From Ignavibacteriaceae bacterium (GTDB lineage: Bacteria > Bacteroidota > Ignavibacteria > Ignavibacteriales > Ignavibacteriaceae), in NCBI GenBank assembly GCA_046706945.1, contig JBJKOY010000213.1, forward strand, positions 731-64,730: a stretch of 64,000 nt of DNA, in the 5' to 3' direction. Positions 17,651-27,151 of this stretch are shown here, piece by piece. The notes under the pieces were generated by a model that saw only the letters and a list, made by a program, of their open reading frames with translations, was not told the origin of the DNA and searched no databases. The position numbers and the translations under genes were made by a program. Each line of letters opens with the position of its first letter. Within the stretch, counting starts at the first letter, position 1.

Positions 17651-17917
17651 AATTTATTCGTCCTACTTATTTTATAATAGTATAAAACATTCAAAAACAT
17701 ACAATGCTAAAATAAAATAGTTAACGAAGGCGTGATGTATACAAACCGATAGATTATTTTTTACTAGATGATTTTTAAAAACAAAATTAATGTGAAACTT
17801 GAAAAAAGAAATGATAAATTTGGGCCGTTAAATATCATTGTAAGAGACGAAACACGTAAAGGGGTTTTTAACCTTAGGCAGAAAAAATCATAATCACCAA
17901 AAACCAAAGGGGGATAA

Positions 17918-19339
17918 ATGCAAACCGGCGAAATTAAAAATAAAATTTCAGCAATGTCCTTTTCGCTTTCGGTAATTTTATTCTTTTTTTCTTTAAGCGT
18001 AATTGCGGCGGATAAGAATAAAGACGGATGGGAGAATGCCGGGAATATAGTAAAGAGTATAGTGGTCCCTAGTTTCCCGGATAGGGAATGTAATATCACA
18101 GCGTTCGGTGCGGTAGGCGACGGTAAAACCGACTGCCTGCCCGCGATAAAAAAGGCCATCGATAAATGTAATTTGGAAGGCGGCGGAAGTGTGGTCATTC
18201 CGAAAGGCGACTTTTTAGTTAGAGGTCCGATACATTTAAAAAGTCACGTCAATCTTCATTTAAACGAAGGCGCTGTCATCAGGTTCAGCTCTTCCCCCGA
18301 TGATTATCTTCCGGCGGTTTTAACGCGCTGGGAAGGCACCGAGTGCTATAATTATTCGCCTTTCATATACGCGTTCGGCGTTACCGATATTGCAATTACT
18401 GGTAAAGGCACAATAGACGGAAACGCGAAAGATACTTTTGCAACCTGGAAGCCGGACCAGAAAAAAGATCAACGTTTGCTGCGGAAAATGGGAAACGATT
18501 TGATCCCGGTTAACGAAAGAGTTTTCGGCAAAGGGCACTACTTAAGACCAGTGATGATCCAGCCTTATGCCTGCAAGAATATTTTAATAGACGGGGTGAA
18601 GATTATCGATTCGCCTTTCTGGGAAATAAACCCGGTGTTATGTTATAATGTTACGGTGCGAAACGTGAAGATAACAAGCCGGAACTTAAATAACGACGGC
18701 TGCGACCCGGAAGGATCGGTTAACGTGTTAATTGAAAACTGCGAATTCAATACCGGCGACGATGCCGTGGCTATTAAAGCGGGAAGGGACCAGGACGGTT
18801 GGAGAATAGGACAGGCGACCGAGAACGTTGTTATACGCAATTGTGTGTTCAACTCAAAGGCCAACGGACTGTGCATCGGCAGCGAAATGTCGGGCGGAGT
18901 TAGAAACGTGTACATGGAAAATATAACCGTAGGCGAAGCGGACGCGGCAATTTATTTTAAAAGCAACCTAGACCGCGGCGGCTTCATAGAAAATATCTGG
19001 GTGCGCAATGTAACTGTTAAAAGAGCACTGCAGAAGTTAATTGCCTTTGTTACCGATTACCACGGCTACAGGGGAAATCATTACCCTCCTGTGTTTGACG
19101 GCTTCCATATTGAAGGTATAACCTGTAACAAGGCCGACGACTATGCCGTTTTTGCCGAGGGAGTGAAAGACTCCAGGCTTAAAAATATCATTTTTAAAAA
19201 CGTAAACGTTGAAGAAGCAAAAATACCTTATCATGTAATATTTACGGACAACATGATCTTTGATAATGTGACGGTAAACGGCAAGATGCTTCCAAAGCAT
19301 CCTGCAGAGAGCAGTAAAAATTCTCCCGTCGCAGATTAA
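17918..19339 (+). CDS. glycoside hydrolase family 28 (exo-polygalacturonase-like)
   Basis: AGGGGG Shine-Dalgarno before ATG 17918 and a signal peptide. GH28 motifs: NNDGCDPE, TGDDAVAIKAGRD, NGLCIGSEMSGG. Starts with the pectate-lyase-3-like ITAFGAVGDGKTD. Confidence 0.85.
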   Translation: MQTGEIKNKISAMSFSLSVILFFFSLSVIAADKNKDGWENAGNIVKSIVVPSFPDRECNITAFGAVGDGKTDCLPAIKKAIDKCNLEGGGSVVIPKGDFLVRGPIHLKSHVNLHLNEGAVIRFSSSPDDYLPAVLTRWEGTECYNYSPFIYAFGVTDIAITGKGTIDGNAKDTFATWKPDQKKDQRLLRKMGNDLIPVNERVFGKGHYLRPVMIQPYACKNILIDGVKIIDSPFWEINPVLCYNVTVRNVKITSRNLNNDGCDPEGSVNVLIENCEFNTGDDAVAIKAGRDQDGWRIGQATENVVIRNCVFNSKANGLCIGSEMSGGVRNVYMENITVGEADAAIYFKSNLDRGGFIENIWVRNVTVKRALQKLIAFVTDYHGYRGNHYPPVFDGFHIEGITCNKADDYAVFAEGVKDSRLKNIIFKNVNVEEAKIPYHVIFTDNMIFDNVTVNGKMLPKHPAESSKNSPVAD

Positions 19340-19498
19340 ACCTAATTATAATCAGATAATGCGGGGGATATCCAAATAGTAATTTTGGATAGGCCGCAAA
19401 AACTTTATTTAACTTTGGCCGCTCTTAAATCTTATAATAGCGCCCTTTCATCAAATAAAGAAAGCATAAAATTTTTTTGTTAAAGGCGAATAAAAAAC

Positions 19499-19527
19499 TT
19501 GACAAGAATAAATGTTATAATTAACTT
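19499..19527 (+). promoter_or_regulatory. candidate sigma-70-type promoter TTGACA-N17-TAACTT
   Basis: Perfect -35 TTGACA at 19499-19504, a 17-nt spacer, and a -10-like TAACTT at 19522-19527. It lies 24 to 69 bp before the candidate receptor start codons. Confidence 0.25.
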
Positions 19528-19595
19528 AGTATACCAAGTATGCTAGGCATATGAGGTCAAGTTACAAATTATCTCTTCTTCTATCGGGGAAACGA

Positions 19596-22472
19596 ATGGT
19601 GATAAAATATTCCAAAATCGAATTATTATTTGCAATATTTATATTATTAGTAAGCGCAAGAATTACATATGCGCAAACAACAGAGGTTTTAGGGAAGGTA
19701 ACCGACGCAACCGACGGTTCTCCGCTTTGGGGTACAAATATAATTGTAGACGGAACTTCGAACGGTACAACCTCGGATGTGGACGGAAAATACCGGCTGG
19801 TTAATCTGAAGTCGGGAAATAATGTAATTCTGTTTAGGTATGTCGGCTACATGACGGATACCGTGAAAATAAATTTAAAAACAGGAACGACGAGAACCAT
19901 CGACATTAATTTATCACCCGAGGTACTGCAGTCAAAAGAAGTAGTAGTAACGGCTCAATTACAGGGCCAGCAATCGGCTATCAACCAGCAGATCAATTCC
20001 AACTCAATAGTAAATATTGTTTCCAAAGATAAGATCCAAGAGCTGCCGGATCAAAATGCGGCAGAAACATTGGCAAGGCTGCCCGGTATATCTTTGGAGA
20101 GAGACGGGGGAGAGGGACAGAAAATCGTTGTACGCGGCTTATCGCCGAAGTACAGTAATATCACCATCAACGGCGAAAAAATACCGTCGACCGATCAAGT
20201 CGACAGATCGGTTGACCTTAGTTCAATATCGCCGGACATGCTTGCCGGTATAGAAGTGTTTAAGTCGATTACCGCAGATAAGGACGGAGATGCCGTAGGC
20301 GGAACCGTTAATTTTACGGTTAAAAGGGCAGCGAAAGAATTTCACGGAGACTTTAAATTACAAAACGGGTACAGTTCTCAAGAAAAATACATGGGAAATT
20401 ACAGGGGCTCTTTTACATTAAGCGACAGATTTTTCGACAACCGCCTGGGCATTGTGGCTACCGGCAATATTCAAAGAGCCGACAGAAGCTCTGATGCGCA
20501 GGACGTAACTTATTCATTCGGCAGCCAGAGCGCAACCGGCGCGAGAATAAACGTCGACAACCTGAACTTAGCAGACACCAAGGAAATAAGGGACCGTTAC
20601 GGCGCAAGCTTAACTTCCGATTATGATCTGGACAACGGCAGTATTTTGTTCAGCGGCTTCTGGAGCAAAACCAACCGCAATGAACTTAGAAGACGAAAAA
20701 GGTACCAGATTGCAAATGCCAGGACTCAATATGAAATTCGCCAGAGCAATATCAATCTTGAACTGATGTCTGCAAGTCTGCAGGGCACTCACAATATAGG
20801 CGTCGTTCAAATTGACTGGCACGGAGCATATTCCGAATCGGACCAAATTACTCCGAACGAGTTTAACAATATTTTCCAGGAATTATCTTCCCTGACAAAT
20901 CAGATAGTTACCGACCAAGGGCCGCGGCTGATTCCCAACGGCGTGAAGAATGATCTTAACAATACGACATTTAAAGAAAGCGACATTAACAGCTTCAGGG
21001 TTAAGGACCACAGCTTAACGGCGCAGGTGGATACCAAGGTAAATTTTGATTTCGGAAATAACCTGGCCGGCTTCTTAAAGTTCGGAGGCAAATTAAGATG
21101 GAACAGAAGGTCCCGCGACAACACACAATACTGGACTTCATATTTTAACTTGGACTCGGTGGGAGTAATGTCCGCCGCGGAACCGAATGCGTTATACAGG
21201 GCTTTTGCCCTCACAACAAGCAGAAAAATACTGATGGAAAATTTCCTTTCTCCCGATGACCAGGTGGGTGAGTTCTTAAACGGCGCTTATAATTTCGGTC
21301 CGAGTTTAGATGAAGGATCCATCGACGATTTTGTAAATCATATGCGTTATGCCAAGCTTTTGTCCGGAAGTCCGCTTTATACTTACAATCCGCAAACAGC
21401 GCTGCAGAACTACGGCGCAACCGAAAATGTTTCGGCCGCCTATGTTATGGCCCAAGTGTCTCTTACTCCTAGTTTAATGTTCATACCCGGGGTAAGATAT
21501 GAAAGAACATACAGCGACTACAAGAGCATTACCGGGACGCCGGTATCCGGCGAAGACGCAACGCCCAATCTGGCCGGCGCAAAAGATACCGTGGGCGCAA
21601 GATCGTTTTACGATATTCTGCCGATGTTCCAGTTAAAGTACAAAGTTACCGGCTGGTTCGATGTAAGAACGTCGGTAACTAAAACACTGTCAAGACCCGA
21701 TTATTTTAACCTGGTTCCGTGGGAACAAATCGATTACCTAAGCAATACGATTGATAAAGGAAACCCCGAACTTAAGCATACAACCGTATGGAATTACGAT
21801 TTATTCCTGTCTATGTACAACAACTACGGGTTATTCACCGTCGGAGGTTTTTATAAAAAGCTATGGAATGTCGATTACTTGCGGCAGTCGAGAATTCAGG
21901 ACGGCGGGATGTACAACGGGTTTATGCTTACGCAGCCGGTAAACGCCGAGGATCCTTCAACGGTATACGGTATTGAAATTGACCTTCAAGCAAATTTGGC
22001 ATTATTACCCAGTCCTTTTAACGGTTTAATATTCGGCGCAAATCTGTCTCTAATGAAATCCAAAACATATTTCCCGTTCTATGAAGTTGGGCCGAGAAGC
22101 CCTTTACCGCCTTATGCTCCGACTATAATCGATACGGTTCGGGCGGGAAATATGCCGGGGCAGGCCGACTACATAGGCAACCTGCAGATAGGATACGAGA
22201 AGAGCGGCTTCTCGGGAAGATTATCTCTCGTTTTCCAGGGAAAAAGCCTGTCGTTTGTAGGTACGCGTCCCGAACTTGACGGATATACCGACAAATCGAT
22301 CAGATGGGACCTGGCTTTGCAGCAGAAGGTTTACGGCGAGCTGAGCTTGTACCTGGATGCAAACAACCTGACGAATGTACCGGATAAAGCATTCCTGGGC
22401 AACGAACTATATCCGACCAGCGAAGAATATTACGGATGGTCCATGGACTTGGGCGTGAAATATAAATTTTAA
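19596..22472 (+). CDS. TonB-dependent receptor with CarboxypepD_reg N-domain
   Basis: From ATG 19596 the N-terminus MVIKYSKIELLFAIFILLVSARITYAQ is a clean signal peptide (the track start is 19551). CarboxypepD_reg domain (VLGKVTDATDGSPLWGTNIIV), a plug (DQNAAETLARLPGISL), and a barrel ending in ..LGVKYKF. Confidence 0.9.
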   Translation: MVIKYSKIELLFAIFILLVSARITYAQTTEVLGKVTDATDGSPLWGTNIIVDGTSNGTTSDVDGKYRLVNLKSGNNVILFRYVGYMTDTVKINLKTGTTRTIDINLSPEVLQSKEVVVTAQLQGQQSAINQQINSNSIVNIVSKDKIQELPDQNAAETLARLPGISLERDGGEGQKIVVRGLSPKYSNITINGEKIPSTDQVDRSVDLSSISPDMLAGIEVFKSITADKDGDAVGGTVNFTVKRAAKEFHGDFKLQNGYSSQEKYMGNYRGSFTLSDRFFDNRLGIVATGNIQRADRSSDAQDVTYSFGSQSATGARINVDNLNLADTKEIRDRYGASLTSDYDLDNGSILFSGFWSKTNRNELRRRKRYQIANARTQYEIRQSNINLELMSASLQGTHNIGVVQIDWHGAYSESDQITPNEFNNIFQELSSLTNQIVTDQGPRLIPNGVKNDLNNTTFKESDINSFRVKDHSLTAQVDTKVNFDFGNNLAGFLKFGGKLRWNRRSRDNTQYWTSYFNLDSVGVMSAAEPNALYRAFALTTSRKILMENFLSPDDQVGEFLNGAYNFGPSLDEGSIDDFVNHMRYAKLLSGSPLYTYNPQTALQNYGATENVSAAYVMAQVSLTPSLMFIPGVRYERTYSDYKSITGTPVSGEDATPNLAGAKDTVGARSFYDILPMFQLKYKVTGWFDVRTSVTKTLSRPDYFNLVPWEQIDYLSNTIDKGNPELKHTTVWNYDLFLSMYNNYGLFTVGGFYKKLWNVDYLRQSRIQDGGMYNGFMLTQPVNAEDPSTVYGIEIDLQANLALLPSPFNGLIFGANLSLMKSKTYFPFYEVGPRSPLPPYAPTIIDTVRAGNMPGQADYIGNLQIGYEKSGFSGRLSLVFQGKSLSFVGTRPELDGYTDKSIRWDLALQQKVYGELSLYLDANNLTNVPDKAFLGNELYPTSEEYYGWSMDLGVKYKF

Positions 22473-22529
22473 GAGCAATCTATTTTAATTGTTAATTTCA
22501 AAATAATAAACAATAGAACGGAGGTTCGA

Positions 22530-24035
22530 ATGAAGAGTCGGCAACTAGTTATCAATGGTATGGTTGCATTTATACTGATATTAGTAATATCAAGTTCAAA
22601 GAATTATGCCCAAACATTTATAGATGTCCCGCCCGGGTTTTCAACTTTGAATGACTCGATAGCGAATAATACGGATCCGAACGCCGTATTTAGATTACAG
22701 CGCGGAGATAATGCCGTTTATCTGTTAAACGGTACAATATCAAATAAAACTCCTCTTGTAATTGTTGCCGCCGACGGGCCGGGTGCCAGGCCCAAATTAA
22801 TACCGGGTATCGGTTCCGGAGGAGTATCGAGCATACCGTTCAGAGCAAAAGCCAATCTAACGCTAAAAGGAGTTTACGTCACCGCAAAAGATGAAGGCGG
22901 TGCTTATTTATCCCAGATTATTAGGGAATCGGTAGACAGCGTAAGATTGGTCTTCGACGATTGCTTTTTTGAAAACTCTTCCCAGTCGTTTATAAGAACC
23001 GACAACCAGATGGCCAAGATTTATATTTCCAATTCTACTGTAAGGAATTGCGCTTCGGATTACGCCAACGGGCGCGGTATAGACGACAGAGGAGTCGATA
23101 TGGACACTCTCTACGTTGAAAACTGCACTATATACAACATATCGTCAAGGTTCTTGCGCGACGGCGGCGGCGTTTTGAACTATGCATATATCAATCACAA
23201 TACTTTTCTGAATACCGGACTCCAGGTTATGCAATTCGGCGAATGTCCCAAGGTTATTTTCACGAATAATATTGTTTACAATTGCGGTTTTATTGGCGTC
23301 GGCAAGTCGGCTACCGGCGGCGGCCTTCTTCAGTTGCAACCGCTTACTTCCAGCGTTTACGACGGGGTAACTCAGTCGGTAGAAGTAAACCATAACAATT
23401 TCGTGCTCGATCCCGGCTACTCGGCTGCTTATCCGGATACTGTTCTCGCTACACCGAGGTACGACAACAACATGCAGGCGGCCGTTACCGCGTCCGGGTT
23501 TGACACGACAAATATTTCCGAGCAATTAACTTTTACCAAAGGCACCCCTTCCTTTGCCGATCTTATTCCTTTATACTGGAACGATCCTGCGCTTTCATCA
23601 AGCACAACCGCGGTTGGTCTGCGCGTAGACAGCACGTACGATTTCTCGTATCCTGCAACGGTACAATCTTACACCGCCGGAAGCGACGGAAAACCGCTCG
23701 GATCCCTGGACTGGTTCGATATATCTACCGCCGTTAAAGAAAAGATCAGTACCCCTGGAAATTTTTCATTATCTCAAAATTATCCCAACCCGTTTAACCC
23801 GACTACAATTATAAAATACCAAATTGCGAAAGAGTCGAATGTTAGCCTGGCAATATATAACACGCTGGGACAGATGGTAAAAACGTTGGTGAATACGATA
23901 CAGCCGGCCGGTTCCTATTCTATTACATGGAACGGAACTAATCAAGCCGGACTGAAATTATCAAGCGGAATTTATTTCTACAGGTTAAACGCCGGAAATT
24001 TTGTCGTAGTTAAAAAGATGATGATGCTTAAGTAA
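22530..24035 (+). CDS. parallel beta-helix repeat protein with T9SS C-terminal sorting domain
   Basis: Signal peptide. Repeated beta-helix rungs (ISNSTVRNC, YVENCTIYNI, INHNTFLNTG, FTNNIVYNCG). C-terminal sorting domain [19 protein letters not shown]...GIYFYRLNAGNFVVVKKMMMLK. Confidence 0.7.
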   Translation: MKSRQLVINGMVAFILILVISSSKNYAQTFIDVPPGFSTLNDSIANNTDPNAVFRLQRGDNAVYLLNGTISNKTPLVIVAADGPGARPKLIPGIGSGGVSSIPFRAKANLTLKGVYVTAKDEGGAYLSQIIRESVDSVRLVFDDCFFENSSQSFIRTDNQMAKIYISNSTVRNCASDYANGRGIDDRGVDMDTLYVENCTIYNISSRFLRDGGGVLNYAYINHNTFLNTGLQVMQFGECPKVIFTNNIVYNCGFIGVGKSATGGGLLQLQPLTSSVYDGVTQSVEVNHNNFVLDPGYSAAYPDTVLATPRYDNNMQAAVTASGFDTTNISEQLTFTKGTPSFADLIPLYWNDPALSSSTTAVGLRVDSTYDFSYPATVQSYTAGSDGKPLGSLDWFDISTAVKEKISTPGNFSLSQNYPNPFNPTTIIKYQIAKESNVSLAIYNTLGQMVKTLVNTIQPAGSYSITWNGTNQAGLKLSSGIYFYRLNAGNFVVVKKMMMLK

Positions 24036-24109
24036 TTCAAAAATATGCAATTAACTTGCTAGATATTAATTGAAAATTTTTATGTTTTTTTTATCTTATC
24101 GGAATATGT

Positions 24110-25291
24110 TTGGAGAAAGTGAGGAAATTAGTGGGCGGTGAAATTAAATTTAAAAACGATGCTCCTTTATACGAGCAGGTTGCAAAGGATATTAAGAGGA
24201 AAATTAAGGACGGAATGTTAAAACCCGGTGATAACGTAGGCTCGCACAGCGAACTGAGCAAATCATATTCCGTAAGTGTAATAACAATTAAAGGTGCCTT
24301 AACCAGCTTGATAAACGAAGGTATTTTGTTTACCCGGATTGGTTTGGGCACCTATGTATCGGAGCCGAAAGACGAGGGTGTAAATTTGTCGCGGCATAAA
24401 ACAATAGGATTGGTTTTAAGAGATCTTAACCATCAATATTTTTCCTTAATTGTCGGCGGAATAGAAGAAAGGGCTTATGAGCTTGGTTATAATATCCTGT
24501 TGACAAGCTCCGCAAATAAAATCGAAAAAGAAGAAAGTCAGATAAATCATTTTAGAAAATTGGGAGTAGACGGCTTAATCATTGCCTCTCTGGCGCTTGA
24601 TTACAAGGCGACTGACTATATCAAAAAACTGCATGACGAGAATTTCCCTTACATTATGGTATCGTATATACACGAGCCGGATTACTGGTACGTAGGTTCC
24701 GATCATGAGCTCGGCGGTTTTTTGGCTACCGAGCATTTGATAAAACTCGGGTATAAATCCATCGGCTATATGCATGTTGAAAAAGCAAATTTGTTGAGCG
24801 AAGTCAGGAAGAACGGGTATTACAGGGCGCTTAACGAATACAACATTCCTTACGATTCCAAATTGATTTTTACGCTGGCTAAAGACAAGCCCGAATATGT
24901 TTCAGATAGGTTTAAACTCGGTTACGAATTCGGTAAGGATTTCAAAAACCTGGCTAAAAAACCGGACGCACTATTCTTCTACAGCGATTTAACCGCTCTC
25001 GGATTTGAGCAAGCGGCAATTGAGGAAGGAATATTAATACCCGACGATGTCGCGATTGTAGGGTATGATGATATTATAATTTCTCAATACGCCTCAATAC
25101 CGTTAACTTCGGTTCACCAGCCGACGGATAAAATCGGCCGGCTGGCCGTAGATATAATTCAAAAAAGAATTGACGGCAGTGAAGTGGGGAACAGGACCAT
25201 CTTAAAACCTTCTTTAATAATACGAGATTCGTGCGGCGCGAAAAAATTGAACCTTAGTCCGTTTACGAACACGGAAAAAGAACTGAACTAA
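24110..25291 (+). CDS. transcriptional regulator with a GntR-type winged-helix N-domain fused to a LacI/PBP1-type sugar-binding domain (AraR-like architecture)
   Basis: N-terminus PLYEQVAKDIKRKIKDGMLKPGDNVGSHSELSKSYSVSVITIKGALTSLINEGILFTRIGLGTYV. Then a LacI-type ligand domain (IGLVLRDLNHQYFS...VDGLIIAS...IVGYDD). The start is TTG in the track, so the exact start is uncertain. Confidence 0.8.
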   Translation: MEKVRKLVGGEIKFKNDAPLYEQVAKDIKRKIKDGMLKPGDNVGSHSELSKSYSVSVITIKGALTSLINEGILFTRIGLGTYVSEPKDEGVNLSRHKTIGLVLRDLNHQYFSLIVGGIEERAYELGYNILLTSSANKIEKEESQINHFRKLGVDGLIIASLALDYKATDYIKKLHDENFPYIMVSYIHEPDYWYVGSDHELGGFLATEHLIKLGYKSIGYMHVEKANLLSEVRKNGYYRALNEYNIPYDSKLIFTLAKDKPEYVSDRFKLGYEFGKDFKNLAKKPDALFFYSDLTALGFEQAAIEEGILIPDDVAIVGYDDIIISQYASIPLTSVHQPTDKIGRLAVDIIQKRIDGSEVGNRTILKPSLIIRDSCGAKKLNLSPFTNTEKELN

Positions 25292-25327
25292 ATATTTTAT
25301 CACTTTGTTATCTTTTACTGGAAAAGT

Positions 25328-27115
25328 ATGCTCTATCCTATACAAAACGGTTATAGAAATATTGCTGATTTGTCCGGAATTTGGAAATTTAAAATCGATC
25401 CGGAAAAAATCGGCGAAAAAGAAAAATGGTATAACGGGTTTGCTTCCCGTTTAGACATTGCCGTACCGGGCAGCTGGAACGAACAGCTTGAAGAAGCCGG
25501 CATGCTGCATTACGTGGGATCGGCCTGGTATAGCAGGAAGATGTTTGTACCGAAAGAATTCGACTCGAAGCGCATATTAATAAGAGTGGGTTCTGCCGAT
25601 TACACGTCAAAGGTATGGATAAACGGAAAGCTTGCCGGCGATAATCGTCTCGGCTTCCTTCCTTACGAAATAGACATAACGGGTTTTGTTTTACCCGGAA
25701 GCGAAGCAAATGTGGTAATAATGGTGAACAACGAATTGAATAACGAGACTATTCCTCAAGGAATAAATTCTTCGGATTACCTTAACGAAAACAGACTAAG
25801 AGAGGAAACCAATCCCCCCGCAAGGTTCGACTTCTCGCCTTTCGGCGGAATACACAGGCCCGTGCAGATTATATCAACGCCGCGGCAATACATAGAAAGC
25901 ATAAAAGTAGATACAGCAATCTCTCCGGACAAAAAAGGAATTCTCCGCGCGCATGTTCAAACCGCCGGATGCGTCGACTGCAACTTATTAGCTGTTATAA
26001 GCGACGGCAGAAAAACCTCGGAAAAGAAGGTAGCCGTTAAGAAGAATGCTGCGGATATAAAGATCGAAATTAATAATTGCAAATATTGGTCGCCTGAAAA
26101 TCCTTTCTTATACGATCTCAAGCTGCAGATTCTAAAAGACGATAATATTGCGGATGAATATAGTCTGCCGGTAGGAATAAGAGATATTAAGATTTCCGGC
26201 AACAGGCTTCTACTGAACAACAAAGACATTTATTTAAAAGGGTTCGGCAAGCACGAAGATTTCTCAACCGTAGGTAAGGGATTATTCCTTCCGTTGATGG
26301 TAAAGGATTTTGAGCTGATGAAATGGATCAACGCAAATTCTTTCCGCACTTCGCATTATCCGTATTCCGAAGAAATGATGTATTATGCCGATAAAAAAGG
26401 AATACTGATAATAGACGAAGTCCCGGCTGTCAGCCTCGATATTCGCTATACGAATGAAAAAACTTTGGCGAATCACAAGGAATATATAAAGAGGTTAATC
26501 GACCGCGACGGTTCGCATCCGTCGGTAATTATGTGGGCCGTGGGCAACGAACCGAACCTTGTGGGCGCGGACGAGTACTATGACGGTTCGGGCAGAAAAT
26601 ACTGGAAAGAGATTTTCGGCTGCACAAGGAAACTTGATAACACAAGACCTCTGACCGTTCCCAACTGTACAAGGGCGGGAATAGATGACCCCGTGTTCGA
26701 GTTTTGCGACGTACTTTCTCTTAACAGGTATTACGGCTGGTATGAATATCCCGGTAATCTTGAGACGGCGGCAAAGGTACTTAGCTGCGAAATGGATTCG
26801 CTTTACAAAAAGTACAAGAAGCCTGTTTTATTTACCGAGTTCGGCTCGGATACTCTGAAAGGTTCGCACTCTACTTCCGTTCAAATGTTTACGGAGGAGT
26901 ATCAGGCAAAGCTGCTTGAAATGTACATCGATATCATACGATCCAAAAAATATACCGTCGGGGAACAATTATGGAACTTTGCCGACTTCAGAACCCCGCA
27001 GCATTTCAGAAGAGTGGTGTTAAATCTCAAAGGGATATTTACGAGGGACAGGGAACCCAAACTTGCCGCTTTTAAGTTAAAAGAGATCTGGGCCGGGAAG
27101 ATAAAGAGAAAGTAA
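25328..27115 (+). CDS. uidA: beta-glucuronidase (GH2)
   Basis: Collinear with E. coli GUS as I recall it, from the N-terminus (MLYPIQNGYRNIADLSGIWKF) to the C-terminus (GEQLWNFADFRTPQHFRRVVLNLKGIFTRDREPKLAAF). It contains ANSFRTSHYPYSEEM, WAVGNEP and LNRYYGWY. Confidence 0.92.
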   Translation: MLYPIQNGYRNIADLSGIWKFKIDPEKIGEKEKWYNGFASRLDIAVPGSWNEQLEEAGMLHYVGSAWYSRKMFVPKEFDSKRILIRVGSADYTSKVWINGKLAGDNRLGFLPYEIDITGFVLPGSEANVVIMVNNELNNETIPQGINSSDYLNENRLREETNPPARFDFSPFGGIHRPVQIISTPRQYIESIKVDTAISPDKKGILRAHVQTAGCVDCNLLAVISDGRKTSEKKVAVKKNAADIKIEINNCKYWSPENPFLYDLKLQILKDDNIADEYSLPVGIRDIKISGNRLLLNNKDIYLKGFGKHEDFSTVGKGLFLPLMVKDFELMKWINANSFRTSHYPYSEEMMYYADKKGILIIDEVPAVSLDIRYTNEKTLANHKEYIKRLIDRDGSHPSVIMWAVGNEPNLVGADEYYDGSGRKYWKEIFGCTRKLDNTRPLTVPNCTRAGIDDPVFEFCDVLSLNRYYGWYEYPGNLETAAKVLSCEMDSLYKKYKKPVLFTEFGSDTLKGSHSTSVQMFTEEYQAKLLEMYIDIIRSKKYTVGEQLWNFADFRTPQHFRRVVLNLKGIFTRDREPKLAAFKLKEIWAGKIKRK

Positions 27116-27151
27116 GCGCATAAAAAATTATTTAAAAACATCGTAGTAAAC

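Noticed and set aside
24046-24075. Inverted repeat CAATTAA-N11-TTAATTG upstream of the GntR/LacI-type regulator gene.
   Set aside because: The arms are 7 bp and AT-only with a long spacer, which fits chance occurrence. It bears no resemblance to the palindrome at 19527-19545.
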